The notes beneath the pieces are model-generated. The model was not told the DNA's origin, made no database searches, and saw only the letters and a list, made by a program, of their open reading frames with translations. Shown one piece after another: positions 18,101 to 28,273 of a stretch of DNA of 44,479 nucleotides. A program made the position numbers and the translations under genes. The stretch's first letter is position 1. Every line of letters begins with the position of its first letter. Source of the stretch: Hydrurus foetidus (Eukaryota); contig UYFQ01000679.1 of NCBI GenBank assembly GCA_900617105.1, positions 1 through 44,479 of the forward strand. Reading direction: 5' to 3'.

Positions 18101-19689
18101 AGACTTCTGCTTGATTTTGCCAGTGGTAAAATACTAGCTCTGAACGCTTCGCCACCCACCTATAAAAGACGTACCGTAAAATGAAAATAATATAGGTGAA
18201 CAGTAATTTGCTTAAAAATAGTGAGCGAAAAATAAAGAAATATTGCGATATTGAAAATGAATGCAAAAGCTTTAATCCATTATGCAGCCAGACAATGAGT
18301 GTTTTAAAGATAAGAAATAGTTTGAAATTAGTCTGTGTAACATTTCGTCAATATAATGTATAGTGGAATAGAATACATAGAAAAAAAAGGAATTATTAGA
18401 AAAGAAAAAATGTATAATTGTGTTTTTATGATAAGAAAGGCAATGCTAAGATTACCAGAAAATCGATAGATGTGTCTCCCGTCCATCCCGTAGCGAAGAG
18501 CATCTATGTCGCGAAGAGCAGGATTACACGCATTGGATCAGCTTTTGTAAAATGCATATGTGCGTTCTTACTTTTATTATATACACGATTTTTTTGATGT
18601 CAACTCGTTATTTTTGCTATGAGAACCTCATTTATATTTAACAACTTCAACACACCTCAAAAGTAGTTGGTGTAGCTTGTATAACTGTGACTGCACAATC
18701 TCTGACAACATCAAGGAGATGAAAAGGGTCTTTCTGTGAACTCTGATTCACCATGACCAGAGATGCTCCGCGAAATAAAGGTAGAAACATCTCGAGAACA
18801 CTGTAAGTACAATGAAGTACGTATTAGGATTAGGATTCATTGTAATACAGTTAAGCACGTATTATGCAGTCATTGTAAGTAGAGGCATATCAATAGTTTG
18901 AGTTAGACTTACAGTACATTTGAGGAATAGAGTGCGAGTAATAGTTGATAAATGACAGCACTTTCTATACCTTATATCAAAACAGAATGTTGTCAGTCCA
19001 AGTACCCTGCTATTGCTGTCTAGATTAAGCTCGTCAGCGAACCAGTTTACAATATTCACTACTCCTGCCTGCTTGAGCATGACTCCTTTTGGTTTCCCAG
19101 TAGACCCCGAAGTGTAAAGAACGTAAGCAAGTCCGCCATCTTCTCGGTTAGAAACTTTTTCACGAGCGATAGACAAAATGGCAACTTTATTCAAATTGTT
19201 GAATGCAGGCAGGTGCAGAGTTCTCTTCACAATAGTACTAACTGTAATATCTGCATCTACCAGAGGTATGGCGGAATTTATAACGAGAGTGGGAGGCACT
19301 ATCACGCCAAGAGAGAGCGCGAGTTCAAGGCTCTCTTCGTCAGTTATCAACATTTTACATTTTGAGTGAGCAAAAATGTGAGTTTGCCTGTCCGGAGGGA
19401 ATGCTGGATCAACTGGTACATAAGCTGCTCCTGCCTTTAATATGCCTAGAATAGCCGACACGAGGCCGATTCCTCGTGTCATCATCACTGCTACAAGAGG
19501 CGTTTCAGAATCATCCTCGTTTATAGCAGCACTCTCCACGGCGCATGCTAACTCCTTGCCAATGCATGTTGCGATCTCGTCTACTTGCTGATAGCTGTAT
19601 GTCCTCCCATCTTCCAAACAGACACATGTTGATTGACCACTTTTGGCGACGGCACCTTCGAAGATATCGATTAGGCTTACCCCTTGCAT
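12141..19689 (-). CDS. NRPS-like protein: adenylation + peptidyl carrier + membrane acyltransferase-3 domain; 12 exons, ~1,450 aa
   Basis: Phase-consistent exons approx. 19689-18971, 18800-18656, 18503-18456, 18159-18090, 17758-17643, 17291-17157, 16927-16859, 16591-16468, 15989-15860, 15612-14975, 14728-13479, 13040-12141. A-domain cores: LKAGAAYVPVDP, YTSGSTGKPKG, FDISV, GGE, NVYGPTE, GELWIGGVGVAKGYL, YRTGD, RMDDQVKIDGFRIEL, YMMP, NGKLDR. Carrier motif GVDSL. AT3 motifs: IEGVRG(x)9H, FVMISGF, FIVSRCVGLYP, LGYTSYAMYLFQ, with many TM-like segments. Confidence 0.9.
16727..16758. repeat. (AAACT)n pentanucleotide microsatellite (intronic)
   Basis: About 6 tandem aacta units. Confidence 0.85.
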
Positions 19690-21516
19690 CTTGCTCTTGC
19701 AAAAAAGGAAATCAGACACTTCTTGTTCGCAGGGTATTTAATTCGTACGCAGTTTTGCAGCAGAGTTGACGGCCATTAAAGATTAAAGATGAACGGTTTT
19801 GGAATTGTTAGGAAGTGTCGTTGAGTTAGGAAGTGTTAGTAGTGCTTCCACTTCGAACTTCGACATCGGATCAATCCCGAATCCGATCCACTTTCAGAAA
19901 ATTATTGAAAATTCAAAAGCACCTTCAGGAGAAGTACGAAGTACGGTATTTACGGTAATATACTGTAGACGTACAGATTTGATGTCGTTGTTGCAGACTG
20001 AAGACAGCAGAGGGACACAGCAGGGACAGCAGGGGGCAAGGAGGCCTTGCAGGGTGTGTGTGCTGCTGGGTGCTATATACTCTACACAGCTCTCTCGCAT
20101 CATCTTGGGTCCTCATGATCACGAAATCAAATTTGAACTTGAGCCAGAAGTGCCTCGAAGATTCTGGGAAAGGAATTTTTATTAGCCGCAGAAAAGTCAC
20201 AGCAGTTGTGCAATTGTAGTAGTCGTCGAGGATAAGGTTACGTTTTTCAAATCAGTTATTTGCCATTTAAAAATTATGTCTGCCTTCATCTAACGAACAA
20301 TTGTAAAAAAAAACTGACGAGATTTAAATCGTTGACTGTCACTAGACGGATGATATTTGTCAATGTTACAGAAGCAGAATTAGGCTATTTAAAAGCGCTT
20401 TGTAAGATAAGGCAGCTATTGACGAGCAACGTCGATGCCAACTCAATGACAGGGTGTGCTGGTCTGCTCTATTGCCTATTTGATGGGTGACACCATAAAG
20501 TCCCAATTGTCTTGAAGATTGCTACCGAATGTGATTCGTGTAAGATGAGAGGATCTGATCCACTGTGCGAATCAGACACTGCCTTTTGATGATTGAAAGT
20601 TAGAGGGTAGCATTGCAACAACTTTCCTTCCAACGTTGGTATCACAGGACAGAAAAGTGCAACTGCAGTGTACCGTGCGTGACTATGGGTCCAGCTCCAG
20701 GCTCCTCGTTTATTACAGATCCACGTTTAGTCTTAACCCACCCCTATACACGACAATTAGTTGCAACGTACTGTTTTCAGTACGCTACATTTTATTGTCG
20801 TGTATAGAAATGGGTCGATCTCTAATAAACGAGGAGCCTTGAGCTGAGCTAGGATGGCTGATAAGAACAACTCACCGTATTGCGGTCCAATTCGGCCAAT
20901 GCGATGCGCGGCTACAGTGAAATCGAAAAAGAGAAGGCGAAGTAGTATCGAACGTAATTTATAAATACAATGTAATCATGTTATTGTTGAGCGCAATACG
21001 TACAAAATAATAAACGTATGTAGCTGCACATATTTTATAGCGAAATACATATGTGTCAGCAAAAATCAAATAAATTCAAATGATCTTGTACTTACAGGTG
21101 CGAACCAGAACTTTGATTCCATCTATATAAGGAGAATCTAAGAGGTAGTAATTTTCATGCCGGGATAGAACTAAGTATGATCGAGAAATCCTTATTGCTT
21201 GACTCTAACAATGCATTGAATTTCGTTAAAAGGAGTCAGGATATGGGAGGGTGAGATGAAAAAATAAGGGACAGATGAGGCAATTAGATGAGGAGAAAGG
21301 GTGATAGAGGGTGAGAAATGGATAGAGTGAGAGTGAGGAAGGTAGTCGAAGGTGAATCAGTGAAAAGGAGAGTAAACAACAGTGAGAAAGAGAGATTCAG
21401 AGAAAAAAGAATGTTGAAACAAAATCGAGACAGAAAGAAACAGAATAAGAAGTATAAGCGAATTAACCCAAAATTGGTGATACAGACTCATATCCATCTG
21501 TCATAAGTGTAACACT

Positions 21517-23112
21517 CTAAAATATCTTAGGCCACCACGTACTGTCACTATTAGCGCTATCCGGAGTTTTTAAGTGTTTATTTACTCCCCCTCTTCCATG
21601 TGGCCTTACTATTGGTGCCGTTATCTTTCCCTTGTCATCATTATTCATGGCATTTAATATCGCTAGATTTTCAGCTGTAATAGCTGAGCCGCCATTGGAG
21701 CGATTTTTGGAGTTTTTTTGAACTTTTTCACCATCGACATTTCTAAACCATGACATGGAAAGGGAAGCAGAAGACTTTACGCTGCGATGCGTGCTCACAG
21801 AAGATATGACACTCTCCGTTTCGTCTCTCTCCATGGCCTGTTTTCCTCTTCTTTTTCCAGGACTCATCGACAATAATCGTCTACTCTGATTGCTGCGTAT
21901 GCTTCTAGGACCCCCTCGGGCACTTCCTGACCGACCCAACCCAAGAGACGAATCGCCCCTAAACTCGTGCTCTATTTCTTCTGACAAACGCGCCTGCGAC
22001 TCCATAGCCTTTAATGCAGCAGCGTCAAGAAAATCAGGTTTTCTCTGATCATCAAACTCGCTCCCACTGTTTCTGTTGGCGTTGGCTCCAGCTGACTGTG
22101 ATGACTCATCCATGCTCGAAACCTTCGGGGGCTTCGTATTCTTCATGATATCTTCTAGTCTCTGTCGTACAATGCATCAATTAAGATAGTTTCTTAGCAT
22201 TCACACTTTGTCACGAAATAGTTAGTCATTTCAAGAACGGAAATGATATTGCTGTTTCTTAAAGAACTTTCTCAAGTATCTTCAATTCTTGACACCAATC
22301 AAATCTATGAATTCTTCGTCAGTTTTTCATCTTTAACGTACCTTCATAAGTGCGTCACTTTTATGCAGTCCACTGTCACCGATAGCATCTAATATCTGCG
22401 TCTCCATTTTGGCTCTGCAGGAATGGGCTGATCTTTCTGATTCCAAATAGCGCTGAATTTTTCTTGACAGCAATGTTCGATCGCTGGAGTATTGCCTTTG
22501 AAGAGAATCGATCTCCTCTGACAGCTCGAGGACATTCTAAATTTTGTGGCAAATTAAGTGCGTCAACGATTTGAATTTGATGAGCACACAGCGTGGTAGC
22601 TTCCACACCGATATTCAGAGATTTATGATGAGTTACCTCAACAAGATGGATTTTCTCATTTTTTAGCTGCTCACTTAATTTCGCATGGCTCTCTTTTTCC
22701 TTCACCAAATCTTGAAATGTCTTCAGTCGTGAGCTGTGGAGTTTCATTAACAGAAATTTCAGACACAAAATTTTGGATGGATGACGAGCATGTTTTGATA
22801 TATTCTCACCTTGCGTCGGATAGGTACACAACTTGTTTCCTCAAAGTGGAATTCTCAGCGTAAAGTTTCTCATTCTCTAAGTTCAGAATCCTTATTCGCT
22901 TTTGCAACTGTAGAATGACGACTGTTGAGGCCTCGCCACCATCCCTTTCGCGATTGGACATATCAGGGGACCTTCAGCAAAATTTCGCAGATTTATCTCC
23001 AGATCACTCCAAGATAGACACACCGAGAGCAGCAGCGCAGACGAGAATTCGCCCCATCCGAATCTATCTTGTGTCCTGAGGTGATAAGCTCCCGCATCAA
23101 CTCTCTCACATC
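21517..23112 (-). CDS. Multi-exon hypothetical coiled-coil protein with disordered Ser/Arg-rich C-terminus (5' end uncertain)
   Basis: Short exons read manually: LQKRIRILNLENEKLYAENSTLRKQ, SRLKTFQDLVKEKESHAKLSEQLKNEKIHLVE, NVLELSEEIDSLQR, AKMETQILDAIGDSGLHKSDALMK. The last of these splices in frame via RLEDI into the 209-aa terminal ORF ending WWPKIF. The upstream joins are less certain. Confidence 0.55.
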
Positions 23113-24030
23113 TGAAAAAGAAAACTGGGAACAGTATTGAATATTGAAATATGCATCTAAAAATCTTGAAAAGCAGTTTTTGTCATGGTTTCGTCAATTG
23201 CCAACACACCATTCTGACCCGACAATTTCTTTTCATCGATTATTCTAATAGGGAAATCAAATTGTTTACCGATCGGAGAATGGAGATTCAGATTTGGCTC
23301 AAATTTTATCACTGTTATCAAACTGTGATAATAGATTAATAAACGCGGCATTTACGATGGATGACCCGGCTAAAGAACACAGAATATTTCACTCTGGTGT
23401 GATTCTCCGAAAAGACAAATGAAGTCACTGCATATCCATATCCATACCGGATAAGAATGATTAAAACCATTTATCTAGCATTCGGTTTGATAAGATGAGC
23501 GACTTCTTGCGATCCATTTACCGTTCTGTACTACATACTATTTACAGTAACGTAGAGACCGGTTTATTTATAATCATCTGTTCATTTATTTAAAATAAAA
23601 TCATCAGAGGCAGTCCGGCTAGATCCATAGTAAATTTTTCTCAATTATACCGATCACTCTGGAATAGATTGCCTGCCCAACTATTTGAGATTTTTTAGAA
23701 TATTTTAGGTATACTGCCAAATAGCTGAATAAACTTTCAGCATTTTTCTGAATATATTTCAGATCGAGTGATGATAATCAGCCCCCCACACCTTTAAAAA
23801 AAAGTAGCAAAATCCACACCATCAGCATCATGGCTTGGGGCAATTGATTTATCATCAGTTCATCTAATTTTTTCGGAGAAAAGTGGGCACTTTATTCTAC
23901 TACAGTACATGATAATAATTAGTGCTAGTATGGAATTCACTTTTTTCAAACCACCGGTGAAGATCGTTTCGTGTCATAAAAGTCACCCGATTATGACGAT
24001 TATGAACAAACCGGTCTCCACGTTACTGTA

Positions 24031-24816
24031 CCAGTGCCGGTAATAACGCGGTTTCGGTAAAAATGCGGTTATTCGACCCGGCAGCCGGCAGGTCCGATAT
24101 CTCTCCAAACTCTTCATGAAAAAGTTTTTGTCAAATATTCTGAGAGGTAATTCGATAGTTTTACATCCGTTTCGATTATTAAAATTTTCTAAAATTGATG
24201 ATTTCATCACGAGATCGACATTAGTCACTTTTGGCGACTCATCAATGTCGGATATAGATGAAGCAAGAGTATGAGTTAGGTATTCTATCTTGTAGGCAGC
24301 AGCCATATTAGTATGGATCCGCGAGGATTTCGTACAAATCACGATAGTCACTGAGATGCATCAGTTTCAGAGACCAAAAATGTGCCTTTTTAACGTATTC
24401 GGGATGCGGTTTCCCAATATTTCAACGAAAAAGGCACATTTTTGGTCTCTGAAACTGATGCATCTCAGTGACTATCGTGATTTGTACGAAATCCTCGCGG
24501 ATCCGATTTGTACGAAATCCTCGCGGATCCATACTAATATGGCTGCTGCCTACAAGATAGAATACCTAACTCATACTCTTGCTTCATCTATATCCGACAT
24601 TGATGAGTCGCCAAAAGTGACTAATGTCGATCTCGTGATGAAATCATCAATTTTAGAAAATTTTAATAATCGAAACGGATGTAAAACTATCGAATTACCT
24701 CTCAGAATATTTGACAAAAACTTTTTCATGAAGAGTTTGGAGAGATATCGGACCTGCCGGCTGCCGGGTCGAATAACCGCATTTTTACCGAAACCGCGTT
24801 ATATTACCGGCACTGG
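24031..24816. mobile_element. Foldback/MITE-like long palindrome
   Basis: Arms 24031-24391 and 24428-24816 are near-perfect reverse complements around a 36-bp spacer. Ends are CCAGTG...CACTGG, flanked on both sides by TGTA (24027-24030, 24817-24820). Confidence 0.7.
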
Positions 24817-25085
24817 TGTACGGTATGGCGGGGTACGGTGAACGGTGATACCGTTCAGTAAGGACAAAAATTGGCGATGAAAAGCTTTCACGGTTTTACA
24901 CAGAGGTGATATCCAAACTCTCTCTCTCTCACCCTCCCTCCTCTACACACACAGCACCTGTGGCACGGCGCGCGCTGCATCTTCTGAAGAACGCATTGTC
25001 CTTCCAGCGGCGAACAAATTTCATTTCAAAGTTGCGCTGAAAAAAATACTGATTTAAAAGAAATCAGCGTTTTCAAAAGGTTTGA

Positions 25086-27299
25086 ATGGAGGTTGTTAAT
25101 GAAGCAGCAATTCTACCGAGGGAATCGCCTTCGAAACGAGATGAAATTGCAGCTCGAGCTGAGGAGAAGAAGCGGCAAGTGACCGAAAACTGCACATTTC
25201 AGCCAACGTTACTTGCTCGACAGAGCAAGGCAAATCAAATACCTGTGAGTAATGGCGGGAGTCGTTTTGATCGACTTTATGACGATGCGATGAAACGGCA
25301 GTCATCAGATCCAAAACCTAAGATTGAGAGCAATACCGTAAAAAGACCGAATTCAGCTCTTAAATTGAGGTCATCATCAGTTGATACTAGAGCAGATGAA
25401 AATAGTGGTTGCGCGAGAAAGAGCGCTAACTTCGACAAGAATTTTGTGAAGGAACCATCGAAAGAACCAAGCAATACAGTGAATCCAAAGCGCCCTAATC
25501 CCGCCTTTAGATCTCCATCTGTTTCTGCCATGACTGCCCGTCAGAATGTAGCCAAAAATAGTCAAAACAACGGAGGCGATGAGAATAAAGGGACCTCGTT
25601 GAAATCTCCCAATTTAATAAAGCCAACATCACAAACAGTCACTTCAACAGCACCGGCAGATGGCATGATCTTTATGGAAAATCCCATGAATGCAAGATCC
25701 ACATCTGCTATTCACCGGAAGCGCTTAGACGCGGAGAATCTCAAGAGTCAAGATAATGAGAACGGACATGTAGACGATGAGGGCTTAGAGGGACTAACAC
25801 CGCGAGCCAACGGTACGACCCAAATAGATGCCCCCGTAGTGTCTGTGGCAGCAAGAGTGAATAGTGAGAGAGGGCGAGATAAGGTGGTTAAAGAAGTCTC
25901 AGGAAGTCGTTTTGATACTCTGTACAAAGATGCGAAAAAACGCAAAGATAGCGAACCAGCATTGAAAGCAAAGAACGAGGTTGCTGCGACATTGAAGCCG
26001 GCAATTTCACAGAAAGCAAGATCAATCTCACGAGATCGTCCAACTGGTGATCAGGTTGACAGATTAAACAACGCATCTGGTGCTGGAAGAACATCATCCA
26101 AGGCTGCTCCTAACGACACGAATTCTTGTAAACCAACCATTTCTAAACGGGCGAATTCTCTCGACAGAGAAAATGTAAATATCAGTAATAGGTTAAATGC
26201 ATTAAAAGGACGAAAAGGCGATCAAGTGGAAAGACCAAAGCAAGAGGTGCAGACGAAGGAACTTGGAAAGTGTACATTCAAACCAGATCTATCATCATCC
26301 AATAAGCCATCTGCAAGTCAACTATCTATGTTGGACATGTCCGTCACAAGTACTGAAAGTGTCGGTGATAGACTGCATGAATATGGGAAAGAAAAAATGA
26401 GAAAAAAGCGCGATGATGTGAATAAGGATAGTGAGGAGAAGGTTCCGGATATCTGCACATCACCAACAGGATCCGACAGTCCCAAGAAAATCAAAACGGT
26501 GCCATTTTCGCCGACTGAACTTCATTTTGATCACATATTTAATGCCGCTGTGAAGAGAGCTGAAGAGGTGTCGCATGTTCCATCGAAAGGGATGTCAAGC
26601 GTTAAAACGAACGGACGTACGAGCACTCCAAATAGCCGTGTACGAACTTCAGCTGACCGTGCGGGCACTCCGAGTAACCGTCCAAGTACTCCAAATAGCC
26701 GTATAAGCACTCCAAATAACCATATGAGCACACCACGTAGCCGTAACGTAGAGCCATCAAGAGAGCGCCCTAAAAGATCGCTAGAAGTGAACAAAACACC
26801 AACACCGGACAGCAGCAGTAAGACTCGAGGAACGAGTCCGAAACCCACTCCTCCATTTCAATCCCCTGGGATGAGGGCGCGGTCAAGCTCAACGGACAAC
26901 AGAAGGTGGAGTGTTACCAGCAACGGTACTAGCAATGGCAGCGATAACGGCAGTAATCTATACCCTCTCACAAGTGCAAGTATATCCAGCCGAATCTCGG
27001 ATACTAAATTAGAAGAGATAAAAAGAATAAAGGCGGAGGAAGAAAGCATCCGAGCGCGCATTAAAGCCCAGAAGGCAGAACGTTCTTCGTCTTCTTCCAA
27101 CGTTCTCAAGGGAGGCACCGCCTTTGCTATGCCTCCTTCTATGGACGATGTTTCCTATGCTGACGGTGAACTCACGCCGCCCCCGTCATGCACACCGGAT
27201 GTGGCCGCATCTCCCGCCAGAAGTGAGTCAGCGATTAGGAGGAGCGCTGACCTCACGCCACCCTCACAACCAGGCATGCCATTCGGGAGATGCGTGTAG
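25086..27299 (+). CDS. Intronless low-complexity Ser/Pro/Lys-rich protein with CTFxP and RFDxLY repeats (putative cytoskeleton-associated)
   Basis: 737-aa ORF. Repeats NCTFQP, KCTFKP, SRFDRLYDDAMKR, SRFDTLYKDAKKR, and STPN(S/N)(R/H) tandem units near 26620-26740. Confidence 0.75.
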   Translation: MEVVNEAAILPRESPSKRDEIAARAEEKKRQVTENCTFQPTLLARQSKANQIPVSNGGSRFDRLYDDAMKRQSSDPKPKIESNTVKRPNSALKLRSSSVDTRADENSGCARKSANFDKNFVKEPSKEPSNTVNPKRPNPAFRSPSVSAMTARQNVAKNSQNNGGDENKGTSLKSPNLIKPTSQTVTSTAPADGMIFMENPMNARSTSAIHRKRLDAENLKSQDNENGHVDDEGLEGLTPRANGTTQIDAPVVSVAARVNSERGRDKVVKEVSGSRFDTLYKDAKKRKDSEPALKAKNEVAATLKPAISQKARSISRDRPTGDQVDRLNNASGAGRTSSKAAPNDTNSCKPTISKRANSLDRENVNISNRLNALKGRKGDQVERPKQEVQTKELGKCTFKPDLSSSNKPSASQLSMLDMSVTSTESVGDRLHEYGKEKMRKKRDDVNKDSEEKVPDICTSPTGSDSPKKIKTVPFSPTELHFDHIFNAAVKRAEEVSHVPSKGMSSVKTNGRTSTPNSRVRTSADRAGTPSNRPSTPNSRISTPNNHMSTPRSRNVEPSRERPKRSLEVNKTPTPDSSSKTRGTSPKPTPPFQSPGMRARSSSTDNRRWSVTSNGTSNGSDNGSNLYPLTSASISSRISDTKLEEIKRIKAEEESIRARIKAQKAERSSSSSNVLKGGTAFAMPPSMDDVSYADGELTPPPSCTPDVAASPARSESAIRRSADLTPPSQPGMPFGRCV

Positions 27300-28273
27300 A
27301 GGCAGTCGCACTGCATCTCTCCACCTATTCTATTACCATATCAAAGATTAAGTGGTCACTTCCTTGACCGCCTATTTCAATGAACACGCGACGACCTGTC
27401 TTCACATAGAGTAGCATCACCCCATCTTGTTATAGTTCTATTTCACTCCTCACTTTTCATGCAATAACTTCTCGTACGGTTCTATTTCGTTGCTTCCCAA
27501 CGACTCGTTGTACATGGATGAATATATAGACTCATGACTAGTCGAATATTAAATGAACATGAGCGCATTTTAATTATTCAATATATATTCATAACTTATC
27601 AAGATTTCCGAAACAATGGAATCTATTTTATAATATAATCTCAGCCGTAATATAATTTGAAGTCTCACATATCTCAATTCAGATTATTTGGTACATATAT
27701 GAATAGACAGATGTTTTTGTTTTGGTTGAAATTAGTTACAGTTATGAACACCATCTTATTTTATCAATTACTGCCGACGCAACCGTTGTTAGGGTGTCTG
27801 CAATTATGTTGTCTCCGGTGGGGGATTAATGCACAACATGTACGACGAAAGATGAAACCGCCGGAGCCACAGAACCCCATATGCATGATGGTCCCCCCCC
27901 CGCACCAGTTCAAAGTACGTACGGTATACGGAGTACAGAGTACAGTTTTTTAGGAGCGCTCCACACGTGGCGCCTACGACTGCATTTTCTAGGAGAGGGT
28001 TGCTTCGGTTGAAGAATATACCGTCATCGAAAGACTGAACATCACGAAAATATACGCATGCATGACTGAGGAGATGTGAGATGGTACATCGATTTGTCCA
28101 ACCGTCGTTTTACTCCGCATACAGTACAGTACTTGTATTGACATGCAGTTGCGGAGAAGAGCATTCATCAGTTCATGATAGTATCTGAATTTGACGCCGG
28201 CACAAATGAACTGACTTGACTCTTTGTGCATCCCACTGCAGTTCTGTCATCTAGACGCCTTCATCATAAGTTG

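Noticed and set aside
9001..19689. CoA-binding protein, kinase and NRPS as one biosynthetic gene cluster
   Set aside because: Predicted compartments differ and there is no PPTase or tailoring gene; adjacency alone is not enough.
19799..20900. Short ORFs upstream of the NRPS-like gene
   Set aside because: No motifs or consistent splicing; probably promoter or intergenic sequence.
23983..24841. Two ORFs with identical MAAAYKIEYL... peptide on opposite strands
   Set aside because: A consequence of the palindrome; no recognisable domain or transposase motif.
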